Assembly: GCA_963666345.1 (NCBI GenBank)
Contig: OY762721.1
Coordinates: forward strand, 3,776,001 to 3,840,000
From: Desulfatiglandales bacterium
Lineage (GTDB): Bacteria > Desulfobacterota > DSM-4660 > Desulfatiglandales > Desulfatiglandaceae
DNA: 64,000 nucleotides
Reading direction: 5' to 3'
Shown in pieces: positions 37,448-48,572 of the stretch (within the stretch, counting starts at the first letter, position 1; every line of letters begins with the position of its first letter). The position numbers were made by a program, and so were the translations under genes. The notes beneath the pieces were generated by a model. The model was not told the origin of the DNA. It did no database searches and was given only the letters and a program-made list of their open reading frames with translations.

Positions 37448-37705
37448 TTCGCCTCCATGTACAATTTCAGATTTATTTGTCCGTCAATTTTCTACCATGA
37501 ATATTTGGTGTTATAAATAGAAAAATGTTAAGCCTTTTCAATTGAATGATGAATCAGGTGAGAATGCTTGACGGCCCAAAAAAATTGTGATAGCAAGGAT
37601 CTGCTTCAACAGATCTTTCAAAAAAACACCCCTTTATATAGATAATGGGAAAGGATTGATTTCCTTCCCGCAATAATAACCCAATCAAAAAGGAGGTTGA
37701 ACAGC

Positions 37706-39469
37706 ATGGCATATAATGCAGTCGAAATGCAGGATTGGCAGATTTCCGAGGCAGCAGAAGCAAACATGCCAACCCCGGAGGAGTGGGGTCAAAAGCTTGG
37801 ACTTGAAAGGGATGAGATCCTTATCAATGGAAGGCTGTGCAAGCTCGATTTCATGAAGATCATGGACAGGCTCAAGGACAAACCTGACGGCAAGTACATC
37901 GAGGTCACAGCGATTACTCCCACACCACTGGGTGAGGGAAAGAGTACTACGGCCTGCGGTCTGATGGAAGGAATGGGAAAGCTGGGGCTTAACGTGGGTG
38001 GTTGCCTCAGGCAGCCTTCCGGCGGACCTACCATGAATATCAAGGGAACCGCGGCCGGCGGCGGAAATTCTCTTCTTATACCGATGACCGAGTTCTCCAT
38101 GGGGCTGACCGGCGACATCAACGATATCATGAACGCCCATAACCTGGCCATGGTAGCGCTGACCGCCCGCATGCAGCATGAGAGAAACTACAATGACGAG
38201 CAGCTGGAGCGGTTGACCAAGATGCGCCGTCTCAATATAGATCCTACCCGTGTCGAGATGGGATGGATCCTCGATTACTGCGCCCAGAGCCTTAGAAATA
38301 TCATAATCGGGATCGGCGGAAGATATGACGGCTTTACCATGCAGTCCAAGTTCGGTATCGCTGTTTCCTCAGAGTTGATGGCCACTCTTTCCATTATCAA
38401 GGATCTGGCAGATTTGAGGGAGAGGCTGGATAATATCACGGTTGCCTTTGACAAGAGCGGTAAGGCGGTCACAACCGGAGACCTCGAAGTGGGCGGTGCC
38501 ATGACGGCCTGGATGCGAAACACCATCAATCCGACCCTCATGTGCACGGCGGAGTATCAGCCATGCATGGTTCACGCAGGGCCTTTCGCAAACATCGCAG
38601 TGGGCCAGTCCTCAATCATTGCCGACCGTATCGGCCTCAAGATGTTTGATTATCATGTTACGGAGAGCGGCTTCGGGGCTGACATAGGATTTGAAAAATT
38701 CTGGAACGTAAAGTGCCGTTACAGCGGGCTTAAACCGCATGTCTCGGTTCTGACCTCCACCATCAGGGCCCTCAAGATGCACGGAGGAGGTCCCAAGGTC
38801 GTGGCAGGTCTTCCGCTTGACGAGGCCTATACAAAGGAAGGCCTTGGTCTCCTGGAAAACGGGATCTCAAACATGGTCCATCACATCAATACCATCCGCA
38901 AGGCCGGTATAAATCCCGTGGTCTGCGTCAACTGCTTTCATACGGACACAAAGGACGAGATCGCCATGGTGCGGAAGTATGCCGAAGAAGCAGGCGCCAG
39001 GTGTGCGGTGTCGACCCATTGGGCCGACGGCGGAGACGGTGCGGTTGAATTCGCCGAAGCGGTCAAAGAGGCATGTGAGGAAGAAAATGATTTCAAATTC
39101 CTCTATCCTGTTGAAATGAAACTGCGTGACAGGGTCGAGACCATTGCCAAGACGGTCTACGGGGCTGACGGAGTAAGCTGGACTGCGGATGCAGAGGCAA
39201 AGGCAAAGATGCTTGAAGCCGATTCCAAATATGATGAATATACCACGATGATGGTAAAGACACATCTGAGCCTGTCTCATGACCCGACGCTCAAGGGCGT
39301 TCCCAAGGGATGGACATTGCCGATAAGAGACGTGTTGATCTATTCCGGCGCGAAATTCCTCTGCCCGTGCGCGGGAACCATCAGCCTTATGCCTGGAACC
39401 AGTTCCGATCCGGCCTTCAGGAGGGTGGATGTGGACACCAAGACAGGAAAGGTAACCGGCCTGTTCTAA
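37706..39469 (+). CDS. fhs: Formate--tetrahydrofolate ligase
   Basis: '[15 protein letters not shown]', 'HAGPFANIA', 'ALKMHGG'. Confidence 0.97.
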   Translation: MAYNAVEMQDWQISEAAEANMPTPEEWGQKLGLERDEILINGRLCKLDFMKIMDRLKDKPDGKYIEVTAITPTPLGEGKSTTACGLMEGMGKLGLNVGGCLRQPSGGPTMNIKGTAAGGGNSLLIPMTEFSMGLTGDINDIMNAHNLAMVALTARMQHERNYNDEQLERLTKMRRLNIDPTRVEMGWILDYCAQSLRNIIIGIGGRYDGFTMQSKFGIAVSSELMATLSIIKDLADLRERLDNITVAFDKSGKAVTTGDLEVGGAMTAWMRNTINPTLMCTAEYQPCMVHAGPFANIAVGQSSIIADRIGLKMFDYHVTESGFGADIGFEKFWNVKCRYSGLKPHVSVLTSTIRALKMHGGGPKVVAGLPLDEAYTKEGLGLLENGISNMVHHINTIRKAGINPVVCVNCFHTDTKDEIAMVRKYAEEAGARCAVSTHWADGGDGAVEFAEAVKEACEEENDFKFLYPVEMKLRDRVETIAKTVYGADGVSWTADAEAKAKMLEADSKYDEYTTMMVKTHLSLSHDPTLKGVPKGWTLPIRDVLIYSGAKFLCPCAGTISLMPGTSSDPAFRRVDVDTKTGKVTGLF

Positions 39470-39493
39470 ACGACAGCTGAAAGTAGAGAAGAT

Positions 39494-39525
39494 AAGGGGG
39501 CCTTTTTAAAGGCCCCCTTTTTTTT
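39494..39525 (+). terminator. Intrinsic terminator after fhs
   Basis: AAGGGGGCCTTT-TT-AAAGGCCCCCTT followed by a T tract. Confidence 0.85.
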
Positions 39526-39621
39526 GTGCCTGCCGGATTGATTTTATTCCTTTGAAGGTGGATAATGTTTAATCCGATTCGAAAACTCTTTCACCAAGAC
39601 ATCTATTTGAGGACCGGTGCA

Positions 39622-40401
39622 ATGCAGGGCGTGATAGGTATAGACATTGGATCCGCATATTCCAAAGGCGTTCTCATGAGCGGAAGTGATATCGTGCACT
39701 CCGTGGTTCTTCCATCGGGCGGCAATTACGGCTCTACAGCCGATCAGGTCAGGGAAAGGCTTCTGTCCGGCTCCCGCCTTAATGAAGATGATATAAAGAT
39801 GATCGTTGCGACAGGGCTTGGAGCGAAAACGGTGTCATTTGCCCATGAAACAAAGACGGATATCTCCTGCCACAACCTTTGCGTTTCCAGGGCATTTCCA
39901 TCCGTCAGGACGGTGGTCGATGTCGGTGATCTTCACAGCAAGGCGTTCAGGATGGATGAGGCCGGAAACCTGGTCCGATTCCTTATGAGCAGCAAGTGCG
40001 CGGGAGGGAGCGGGCGAGTCCTGAAGGTCCTTGCCCGGGTCCTGCAGGTCCCTGTCGAGGATCTGGGCGAACTGTCTCTGGCCTCTCAAACCAGGGTGGA
40101 TTTTAATACGGGTTGCGCGGTTTTCGCCGAATCCGAGGCGGTTTCCCGCATAGCGGAAGGGACGAAAAAGGAAGACCTTGTGGCCGGTATTCACCGGGCC
40201 CTTGCCGCTCAGATCCTCAGCCTCGCGGAGAGAGTGGGGCTCGAAGGGGATTTCGCACTCACAGGGGGCTGGGCCCGGGACAAGGGGCTTGTCGCGGCAA
40301 CCGGAGAAGCGGTTCCTCTTAAGGTCGTAATCCCGCCAAGACCGATAATGACCGCATCGATCGGCGCGGCAATGTTTGCAGCCGACATGGTCCGTCCGTA
40401 A
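39622..40401 (+). CDS. ASKHA-type acyl-CoA dehydratase activase / benzoyl-CoA reductase ATP-binding subunit
   Basis: 'GIDIGS', 'KCAGGSG', 'CAVFAESE'. Confidence 0.85.
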   Translation: MQGVIGIDIGSAYSKGVLMSGSDIVHSVVLPSGGNYGSTADQVRERLLSGSRLNEDDIKMIVATGLGAKTVSFAHETKTDISCHNLCVSRAFPSVRTVVDVGDLHSKAFRMDEAGNLVRFLMSSKCAGGSGRVLKVLARVLQVPVEDLGELSLASQTRVDFNTGCAVFAESEAVSRIAEGTKKEDLVAGIHRALAAQILSLAERVGLEGDFALTGGWARDKGLVAATGEAVPLKVVIPPRPIMTASIGAAMFAADMVRP

Positions 40402-40668
40402 GATTCGGGGCGTATCAAATCTGTTTTTCGAGCCGATTGGATAATCGTATATAGTTAATATATAGCTATAATGTGAATGTTTTTATTGTTATTTCCTGAT
40501 AACTATTATATAGTTTTTCCTCAAAGAATATCTTTTCCTCGTACCTCCAAAAGACAGTTTAACGGATTTGGCACATTTGTATTCTCTTCGCATCATTCTG
40601 CGTCAAATATCAGGCAGGCTGACCACCTGAAGTCAAAAAGAGATAAATTCAAAAAGGAGATGTAATCG

Positions 40669-41829
40669 ATGGATGAAAATAGCGGCGGCGTGGTTTCAAA
40701 GATCGATTTACTCTATCGTGATTACGGGAAAAGGGCCGGGGCTTTGAAAGATCAGGGGGAAAAGATCATCGGGTATACCTGCTCCTTTGTGCCTGCCGAG
40801 ATAATTCATGCCTCCGGTGCTGTTCCTTTCAGGCTCAGGGGGGATGTAAATGAGCCGATCACGAAGGGTGACAACAATATGGAGACGATAGCGTGTCCAT
40901 ATATGAGAAGCTGCTTTGATCTGTCGGTCAAGGGCAGATATGATTTTTTAAGCGGTCTAATCATTCCCCACGCATGCGACAGCATGGCAAGGACATATTC
41001 GGTCTGGAAATATTGCCTGAATCTGCCTTATTCCCATTTTATCAATATCCCCCATACCCTGAGCGAATCATCAATGGAATTCTTCCGGGAAGAGTTGAAA
41101 GGCTTTATCAGAAGCCTCGGCAGGTTCTTGGGGCGCGATATTACCGATGAAAAATTGAGGGAGTCCATAGCACTTTACAACAGGAACAGGGAAAAGGTCA
41201 GGGCACTTTATGAATTGAGAAAGGCCGATCCCCCCATGATTTCAGGCACGGAGACGGCAGAACTTGTCACGGTTTGCGCCGGCCTGCCCGTGGAGGAGGC
41301 AAACGACCTGCTTGACGAGGCCCTCGATGAATTCAAAAAAAGGGGTGTATCGCCTCTTCAAAAATTTCCGAGGGTGATGATAGACGGCGCATGCATAGAC
41401 AATGTGGATCTCATCAAAGTCATAGAGAAAAGCGGGGCCAACGTTGTGGTGGATACACTCTGCCTCGGCACGAGAGATCTCTGGCCCATGGTCGATGAGG
41501 AAGGGGACCCCGTGGGGTCCCTTGCAAAACGTTACCTGGAGGATCTCAACTGTCCAAGGACCTACAGGGGGAATCAGACCGGGATTTATCAGGATGATCT
41601 CGAACTTCGCTTTGGTGACATAAGGGGCTTTGCCGGAGATTTTGAGGCGGACGGAGCGATAATCTATCATTACAAGTATTGTGACCCTTTCGGTTTTGAG
41701 ATACATGCGAGAAGGACATTCTTCGATTCCCTTGAGATTCCTTCACTATACCTGGAGGATGAGTACTCCTCAGGCACGATCGGCCAGCTCAAGACACGTA
41801 TCCAGGCCTTTGTGGAGATGCTTGAGTAA
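40669..41829 (+). CDS. 2-hydroxyacyl-CoA dehydratase / benzoyl-CoA reductase subunit (HgdB/BzdN-like)
   Basis: 'VPAEIIHASG', 'CPY', 'HACD', 'KYCDP', 'QLKTRIQAFVEM'. Confidence 0.88.
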   Translation: MDENSGGVVSKIDLLYRDYGKRAGALKDQGEKIIGYTCSFVPAEIIHASGAVPFRLRGDVNEPITKGDNNMETIACPYMRSCFDLSVKGRYDFLSGLIIPHACDSMARTYSVWKYCLNLPYSHFINIPHTLSESSMEFFREELKGFIRSLGRFLGRDITDEKLRESIALYNRNREKVRALYELRKADPPMISGTETAELVTVCAGLPVEEANDLLDEALDEFKKRGVSPLQKFPRVMIDGACIDNVDLIKVIEKSGANVVVDTLCLGTRDLWPMVDEEGDPVGSLAKRYLEDLNCPRTYRGNQTGIYQDDLELRFGDIRGFAGDFEADGAIIYHYKYCDPFGFEIHARRTFFDSLEIPSLYLEDEYSSGTIGQLKTRIQAFVEMLE

Positions 41830-41981
41830 AAAGGCAAGGATTTGAAAAAGGCTTCAGGGATTCCAGTATCCGAGGCTTCAACGGGATGATATTTAAGCAT
41901 GGTATTGTTGCCGCATTGAATCTTGTATAGCTTGTGTGCACATATTTTATAGCTGTCTTTCATAAAAGGAGGTGCGGCCAG

Positions 41982-43373
41982 ATGGCAGAAGAGAAAAAAA
42001 GACCAAGAAAGAGAAGGACCGCAACGGTTGCCGCGAGCAATATAGCCCCCATGGTAAAGGAGTCGATAACCGGCACCCTGAAGGCCGCTGAGGAAGGGAA
42101 AAAGCTTGCCTATTCCTTTATATGCTGCAGCTATGATGAGATCCTGATGGCAATGGATATAGTGCCGGTGTGGACGGAAAACTACGCCGGCATATGCGGG
42201 GCAAAAAGGGATGCTGAAAGATTCCTTGAAAGGGCCCAGTCTCTCGGTTTTTCAAGATCCCTATGCACTTATGCCCTCTGCGGGATCGGATTCGATCAGT
42301 GGAGGGAGGAGCTGAAGGAGATGCCGCCCGAGGCCCCCTGGGGAGGGCAGGTAAGGCCGGACTTCATGCTCTCAAGCGGCCAGATATTGTGCGACCCGCG
42401 CAACAAGTGGTATCAGGCGGTCCAGGAGTTCATGCCTGATGTGCCCATCTTCAATGTGGATCTCCCTTATCCCCTTTACGAGGACGATATAGAGGTCTCC
42501 GATGTCCAGGATTATTACATAAGACATATCACGGACGAACTCAGGGGTCTGATTAGGTTCCTGGAAGAGCAGACAGGCAAAAAGATCGATTATGACCGTT
42601 TGAGAGAACTGGTGGATCTGGGGGAAAGGACATGGAACCTGATCTGGGAGACCTATGAACTGAGAAGGGCTGTGCCTACCCCGATGGGTACCGGTGACGC
42701 AATGAACACAATGGTTCCCATGGTCTTTATGCTGGGCACACAGGAGGCGTATGATTTTTTCATGTCTCTTAATGCAGAGCTGAAAGAGAAAATCTCGAAA
42801 AAAGAGGGCGTTGTAAAGGATGAAAAATACAGGCTTCTCTGGGGCGGGGGCCTGCCCGCCTGGTTCGCGCTAAAAGATTTCAACTATTTCAACAGCAAGG
42901 GGGCGGTATTTCCGGCCGAGACCACCTACAGGATGATCGAACCCATTTACAAACTGAACATGCCTGACACGGATGACCCGGTCGAACGCCTTGCCTGGAG
43001 ATGGCTCGGATACTGGACCTACTGGTATGACAAGGCAAAGAAGCGGCCGGGATCTCACCCGGATGTCGAACGCCTGATACAGTACATCGAGGATTACAGG
43101 ATAGACGGGATAGTAATGCATGAGGCCTTTTCATGCAGGACATGGCATTTGAGCCTCATATGGCAGGTAAACCAGCTCCAGAAGATATACAAGCCGGTAC
43201 CGGTGCTGGTTCTGGGCGGAGACGGGAAAGAAAAAGAGATGCAGAGGGAAATCCCCGCCCTTATCCTTGAAAGCGATATCATAGACATAAGCTCCTACTC
43301 GGAGGTCGAGACAAGGAGCAGGATAGATGCCTTCATAGAAACCCTTGAGGGGGTAAAGGGCCGGCAGGCCTAG
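41982..43373 (+). CDS. 2-hydroxyacyl-CoA dehydratase / benzoyl-CoA reductase subunit (HgdA/BzdO-like)
   Basis: 'ENY', 'LCTY', 'LCDPRNKW', 'SCR', 'RIDAFIE'. Confidence 0.88.
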   Translation: MAEEKKRPRKRRTATVAASNIAPMVKESITGTLKAAEEGKKLAYSFICCSYDEILMAMDIVPVWTENYAGICGAKRDAERFLERAQSLGFSRSLCTYALCGIGFDQWREELKEMPPEAPWGGQVRPDFMLSSGQILCDPRNKWYQAVQEFMPDVPIFNVDLPYPLYEDDIEVSDVQDYYIRHITDELRGLIRFLEEQTGKKIDYDRLRELVDLGERTWNLIWETYELRRAVPTPMGTGDAMNTMVPMVFMLGTQEAYDFFMSLNAELKEKISKKEGVVKDEKYRLLWGGGLPAWFALKDFNYFNSKGAVFPAETTYRMIEPIYKLNMPDTDDPVERLAWRWLGYWTYWYDKAKKRPGSHPDVERLIQYIEDYRIDGIVMHEAFSCRTWHLSLIWQVNQLQKIYKPVPVLVLGGDGKEKEMQREIPALILESDIIDISSYSEVETRSRIDAFIETLEGVKGRQA

Positions 43374-43380
43374 AAAGGTT

Positions 43381-44226
43381 GTGGAATTGAAGGAGTATTA
43401 CGCGGGAGTGGATATAGGCTCCACCATGACCAAGGTGGTGATAATGAACCGGGGCATAGCCTCAGCCATTATCGGACCTACCGGAGCGGAACAGCGGCGC
43501 CTTGCGGATCAGGTAATGAAAAAGGCCCTTAAGGAAGCGGGCGTCTCATTTGATTCACTGATCTATATCGTCGCAACAGGTTACGGCAGGATCAATGTGC
43601 CTTTCGCCGACAGGCAGATAACGGAGATAAGCTGTCATGCAAAAGGGGTGTCATATTTTTTCCCCGAATCCGAGATGTGCATAGACATAGGAGGCCAGGA
43701 CAGCAAGGGCATCAGGATAAGAGACGGGAAACCTGTTGATTTTGTAATGAACGACAAGTGTGCGGCAGGCACCGGCAGGTTCCTGGAGATAACAGCGGAT
43801 GCGCTCGGCATAAAGGTGGGAGAGATGGGTGAGATAGCCCTTGCAAGTAAGTCCTCTGTCCAGATAAGCAACCTGTGTACCATATTCGCGGAACAGGAGG
43901 TGGTTGAAAGGCTCGCAGATGGCGTCGCGCTGAACGATCTGGTGGCGGGCATCCTGGAATCGCTCGCAGGCAGGGTGTCCAATATGGTCAAGAGGCTTTC
44001 CGTTCCAAAGGAGATTGTCGTTACAGGCGGTGTGGCCAAAAATGCCGCCATTGTGGATATGCTTTCACGCAGGCTTGGATGTAAGGCGGGTGTTCCTCCT
44101 GAACCCCTTATTACAGGTGCGGTCGGCGCGGCAATGATAGGAAAGGAGATAGTGGAAAAGGCAAAAAAAACAGGGGTGAAACCGGAGAAAAAGCGGCGCA
44201 GGCTGGACAAGGTGAAGATCTTTTGA
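43381..44226 (+). CDS. Acyl-CoA dehydratase activase (HgdC/BzdQ-like)
   Basis: 'GVDIGSTMTK', 'ATGYGR', 'DIGGQDSK', 'MNDKCAAGTG', 'CTIFAE'. Confidence 0.92.
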   Translation: MELKEYYAGVDIGSTMTKVVIMNRGIASAIIGPTGAEQRRLADQVMKKALKEAGVSFDSLIYIVATGYGRINVPFADRQITEISCHAKGVSYFFPESEMCIDIGGQDSKGIRIRDGKPVDFVMNDKCAAGTGRFLEITADALGIKVGEMGEIALASKSSVQISNLCTIFAEQEVVERLADGVALNDLVAGILESLAGRVSNMVKRLSVPKEIVVTGGVAKNAAIVDMLSRRLGCKAGVPPEPLITGAVGAAMIGKEIVEKAKKTGVKPEKKRRRLDKVKIF

Positions 44227-44264
44227 CCGGGTGTTTGGTATAATGTCGAGGCACCATGCTCCTT

Positions 44265-44918
44265 CTACAATGAAGTGAGTAAAAAACTGCCGTTAGCCTC
44301 CTTTTTTACCCGAAGGCCGAACATGGTTATGGTTTCGATCAGGGGCCGGCCCAGGACAAAGTCGAGCTCACCTGCCTCAAGTTTGAATGTCCGGGCGGTA
44401 TTGGGTCTCAGGGCAAGGTCGAAGCGAAGGATCTGAATAATATCTTCCACCGCACGTTCACCATCTTTTTCAATAGACCTTACAATCCCTTCAAGCCTTT
44501 TGAGGCCGCATCTTTTTTCGTGCTCATCAATCAGTTCAAGAAGTTCGGGGTCTTTGAGGATGCCTTTCCTGTCCGCCTTAGGTCTTGAAAATACCTTCAT
44601 GAAATCATCCGTATCCCAGCATTTGAGGGCCTCGCATTGCGTGGGTCTGTTCCGGTAGATAGCGCATGAATGAGTGTCTTCTTCATAAAAGACACAGCCC
44701 CCGTTTTTCTTTTCCCTTATCTTCACAAGTTCCTTTCCAATAATGACAGGTCCGCCTTTGATAGGGTCGGCGGCCAGCTCTCCCTGTCTTATGGTAAAAA
44801 GGTCCTTGAGAGCTATGAAACCTTGTTCAACAAGGATGATATCCTCCTGCTGAAGGGTAGGGCTCGATTTGAGACAGCACTGCCCGCATCTTAAGCATTT
44901 TGTTCTTTGTGCCTCCAT
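44265..44918 (-). CDS. YkgJ/UPF0153 Cys-cluster protein
   Basis: 'CLRCGQCC', 'CVF', 'CAIYRNRPTQC'. Confidence 0.85.
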   Translation of the reverse strand: MEAQRTKCLRCGQCCLKSSPTLQQEDIILVEQGFIALKDLFTIRQGELAADPIKGGPVIIGKELVKIREKKNGGCVFYEEDTHSCAIYRNRPTQCEALKCWDTDDFMKVFSRPKADRKGILKDPELLELIDEHEKRCGLKRLEGIVRSIEKDGERAVEDIIQILRFDLALRPNTARTFKLEAGELDFVLGRPLIETITMFGLRVKKEANGSFLLTSL

Positions 44919-45524
44919 CTTGATGCGCCTCAGAATTCCCCTTTTTTTATTGTCTTAATTGTTTTAAAAAATCAACATAGAAGACCAGCAGCCTGCCGTC
45001 AATTGAATTTAAGGATTCAAGGATTCCAGGGGCAAAGGGTTCGGGTGGGGGCTATCCCTCCGGCACCTCCGATTGTGCGTAAACAGACAGATGTCTTTAA
45101 GAGCGGGCAGGGGTGTCCCCAATTTTTCCATATAACCAGTAACGAATAACACTGCCCGTTCAAGGTGGTTACTGTTCCGGCACCGGCACTCTTTTTCCGT
45201 CCTTCTCTATTTCTTGCGGAAAAGTGACCGCATCCACGGGTTTTTGCAGGCGTTACCTTGGCTGACAGGGCACCGTAAAAGAAAGCCCGGTCTGCGGCCA
45301 CTGCTACTTCCTGTGGTATTTTTTTGTGAGATAAGACCGGGGAAAAAGCCCCGGCGCCTCCGTTTGTTTGTAAGGCAAGCAGAGATATCGGAAAACGGGC
45401 GGAGGCTTTTCACGCCTTTCTCGCCACTTATAATCAGTGATGTGGAACCGTGCAAAACAAGGGGCCTCCCGGATAAACCGGAAAGGCCCCTTTTCGCCTG
45501 GCAAGGAGGAGGAAAGCAGGCGTA

Positions 45525-46724
45525 TTACGAACCAACCTTGAAGATAATCGATGCCCCTGTGTCACCGGCGGCGCACCCGGCCCACAGACCGTACCCGCCG
45601 CCCATAAGGGCGAGTTCCTCTATCATTTCCATCATAAGCCTTCCCGCGGTGGGCGCCTGCGGGTGGCCGTAGATGAGAGAGCTTCCGTAGTTGTTCATCC
45701 ACATGACATCAAATCCCATCTTTTTTGCCATGTTTATGTCGTTTATCGCAAAGGGGTTATGTGTCTTGACCGCCTTGATTTCATCCATTTTGAGCCCGGC
45801 GTTTTTGAGGGCCATCTCGGCTGCGGGCACCGGGGCGGCGGCCATGTAGCCTCTCTTTGCCCTTGAAAAACCGTAGGAGACAATCTGTACGGCCATGGCC
45901 GGGTCCTTGCTCAGTTCCCTGGCCTTTTCCTTTGTAGTTACAATGAAGCCGCAGCTTCCGTCGGCAGGGTGCGTCTGCGCGCCGAAACTGTGCACCCCTC
46001 CAGGTTCCACCGACCTCAATTTGGCAAGACCTTCAGCCGTTGAAGGGGTAACCCCTTCATCTTCTTCCACAAGGATTGTCTTTTTCCTTGATATCTTTAC
46101 TTCCGCGGGAAACATATATCTTTTCTGAAAGGCCCTGTCGTCCGCCAGGGCATCCTGGTACTGTTCATATCTTCGAAAGGCCACCGCATCACATTCTTCC
46201 TTTGTGGCGCCGATTTCTTTGGCCACATTTTCGGCGGTCTGTATCATCTTGAGACCCGCATTCGGATCGCTGTTAAAGTGATCCATCATCCAGTTCTCGG
46301 AGATCACCTCTCCGCCCGGACCCATAGGGTTGGGCCATATCGTATGCGGACCGTTTGAACAGCGGTCCGTCATGAGCGCGAAGGCAGTGTCAAAACTTCC
46401 GCATTCTATGTTCACCGCGGCCAGATGAACGCATGTGGTGGAGGTGGTGCAGGCCTGGTTGATCATAAGGCCGGGAAGATCCTTTTCATTGTCAACCAGC
46501 ATGGCAGCGGCCCAGTTGTGGCTGTAAAAGAGCTCAGGCTGCCCGATGGTGATACCGAAATATAGATACTCCAGCATCTTTGGATCATAGTCGCTTGCAA
46601 GGAGCCACCTGCGGGCCGATTTTGCTCCCAGTTCTATGGAATTTTCATTCTGCATTGTGCCCTGCCAGCGGCAGAAAGGGGTTGAGTAGTAGCCCCCGTA
46701 GGGGATAAATGCCTTGTTTAACAT
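45525..46724 (-). CDS. Thiolase family protein
   Basis: 'NQACTTS', 'HNPFA', 'GHPQA', 'CAAG'. Confidence 0.9.
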   Translation of the reverse strand: MLNKAFIPYGGYYSTPFCRWQGTMQNENSIELGAKSARRWLLASDYDPKMLEYLYFGITIGQPELFYSHNWAAAMLVDNEKDLPGLMINQACTTSTTCVHLAAVNIECGSFDTAFALMTDRCSNGPHTIWPNPMGPGGEVISENWMMDHFNSDPNAGLKMIQTAENVAKEIGATKEECDAVAFRRYEQYQDALADDRAFQKRYMFPAEVKISRKKTILVEEDEGVTPSTAEGLAKLRSVEPGGVHSFGAQTHPADGSCGFIVTTKEKARELSKDPAMAVQIVSYGFSRAKRGYMAAAPVPAAEMALKNAGLKMDEIKAVKTHNPFAINDINMAKKMGFDVMWMNNYGSSLIYGHPQAPTAGRLMMEMIEELALMGGGYGLWAGCAAGDTGASIIFKVGS

Positions 46725-46918
46725 GGATGTCTACCTCCGCTTGTTAAGATATGAGTCTAAACTAAATGGTTTTTCTCCAATTCAGATTGGAGAAAAGGGT
46801 CCGAGTTCCTTTGTCTTGGCTACTGCCGGGCGCTCAGATCTTTAGAATTGTATGGCAGTTCGTTCAGACCATTGAATGATCAGGATTACAAATGCTCGAC
46901 CGGGGATGCGGCAGTCTG

Positions 46919-48499
46919 TCAGGCATCGCTCCACCTGCCGTGTTTTTCCCTCAGTATCCTGTGCAGTATCTTGCCCGTAGGGGTCCTCGGCATTTCGTCA
47001 TCCTGTATGAAGTCGATTGTCTTGGGTCTCTTGAACCCGGCCAGTTTCCCTTTGGTGAATTCGAGTATCTCCTCTGCCAGGGCCTCATCGCCCCGGTAAC
47101 CCTCGTTAAGCACAATGATTGCCTTTACCGCTTCTCCCCATTTGTCATCAGGAATACCTATGACCGCGATATCCCTTACCGCCTCATGCGCCCCGGCAAC
47201 GCTTTCCACTTCCGAGGGGTAGACATTTTCCCCACCCGTTATTATCATGTTGGCCTTTCTGTCAACCAGGACGTAGTAGCCGTCTTCATCCCGTATTACC
47301 ATGTCTCCCGCTGACGACCACTTTCCGTCAAATGCCTGTTTTGTCTTTTCAGGTTCCTTGAGGTATTCCTTGAAGAGCATGGGGGTCCTGTAAAAGAGCT
47401 CTCCCACCTGGCCATCCGGCACGTCGTTTCTATTTTCATCGAGTATCCTTATCCTGTCTGTGCCGAAGATCTCCTTGCCTATGGATCCAAGTTTCTTGAA
47501 CTGATCTTCGGGACGCAGCAGGGTGACCAGTCCGCCTTCGGTACTGCCGTAGGCCTCCCATAGTTCGGCATTCTTAAAATACTCCATTATGGCCAGTTTG
47601 AGGTCCTTTCTTGCGGGCGCCGATGAAATGAGGAGCTGGCGTATCGAACTGACGTCGATATTGCCTTTTATGTCATCAGGCAGGGCGAGCATCATTATGT
47701 AGTGGGTGGGAACCAGGGAGGTAAAGGTGATTCCGTACTTTTCAATGGTTTTGAGCAGGTCCACCGGATCGAAACTTGTCATGTTGTAGACAAAGACGGG
47801 TGCTGATACCAGGGTGTAGGGAAAGGAATAGAATATGGAATTGACATGGCACATCGGCATCACGAGCATGACCTTATCTGTGGGAAGCACCCCCATGTTT
47901 ATGTCGTTCAGGTAATACTGCGCCATGTAGCTTTCATGTGTCCTTACCACTCCCTTTGGCGTGCCGGTAGCACCGGATGTGTACATGATGGTCCAGGTGT
48001 CGTCTCCATCCACCATGATATCCGGCTCTTCGGGCGATGAACCGGCAAGCCAGTCTTCGTAACCGATATAGCCTTCAGGGACCTCTCCGTCCCCCAGATA
48101 GATATAGGCGTCGGCCGGAACAGACAGTTTGTCCCTTATGCCGTTTATAAGCTCCACAAAGGGCTTTTCAACTATAAAGGCCTTGCATTCGGAATGACTT
48201 GCTATGCGTTCGACATCAGGGGCGGCGAGCCTGAACATTATGGGGACTATTATCTGCCCCCCCTTGGCGCACCCGGCGTAGATATCCATCCATTCGCCCC
48301 TGTTGAATGCTATGACTGCAAAGGTCTCTTTGTATCCCACTCCGATACCGGCGAGCCCGTTTGCAAGGCGGCACGATCTTTCGTTCCACTGTTTGAATGT
48401 GTATTCATTGACCTTATCCTGCCACCCGAGCCTGTCAGGATAATTGACGGCATTCATCTTTAATACTGTCCCCGCATGCATCCACTTGCTGGTCGTCAT
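46919..48499 (-). CDS. AMP-dependent acyl-CoA synthetase
   Basis: 'YTSGATGTPKG', 'YGSTE', 'GD..DR..IITGGENVYP', 'PTGKI'. Confidence 0.93.
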   Translation of the reverse strand: MTTSKWMHAGTVLKMNAVNYPDRLGWQDKVNEYTFKQWNERSCRLANGLAGIGVGYKETFAVIAFNRGEWMDIYAGCAKGGQIIVPIMFRLAAPDVERIASHSECKAFIVEKPFVELINGIRDKLSVPADAYIYLGDGEVPEGYIGYEDWLAGSSPEEPDIMVDGDDTWTIMYTSGATGTPKGVVRTHESYMAQYYLNDINMGVLPTDKVMLVMPMCHVNSIFYSFPYTLVSAPVFVYNMTSFDPVDLLKTIEKYGITFTSLVPTHYIMMLALPDDIKGNIDVSSIRQLLISSAPARKDLKLAIMEYFKNAELWEAYGSTEGGLVTLLRPEDQFKKLGSIGKEIFGTDRIRILDENRNDVPDGQVGELFYRTPMLFKEYLKEPEKTKQAFDGKWSSAGDMVIRDEDGYYVLVDRKANMIITGGENVYPSEVESVAGAHEAVRDIAVIGIPDDKWGEAVKAIIVLNEGYRGDEALAEEILEFTKGKLAGFKRPKTIDFIQDDEMPRTPTGKILHRILREKHGRWSDA

Positions 48500-48572
48500 A
48501 ATACCCCCCCCTCTGTCGATTGGGTTACAGTGAGCGCCCGCCGGCACTTTCCGAGTGATACTTCCCTTGTCC

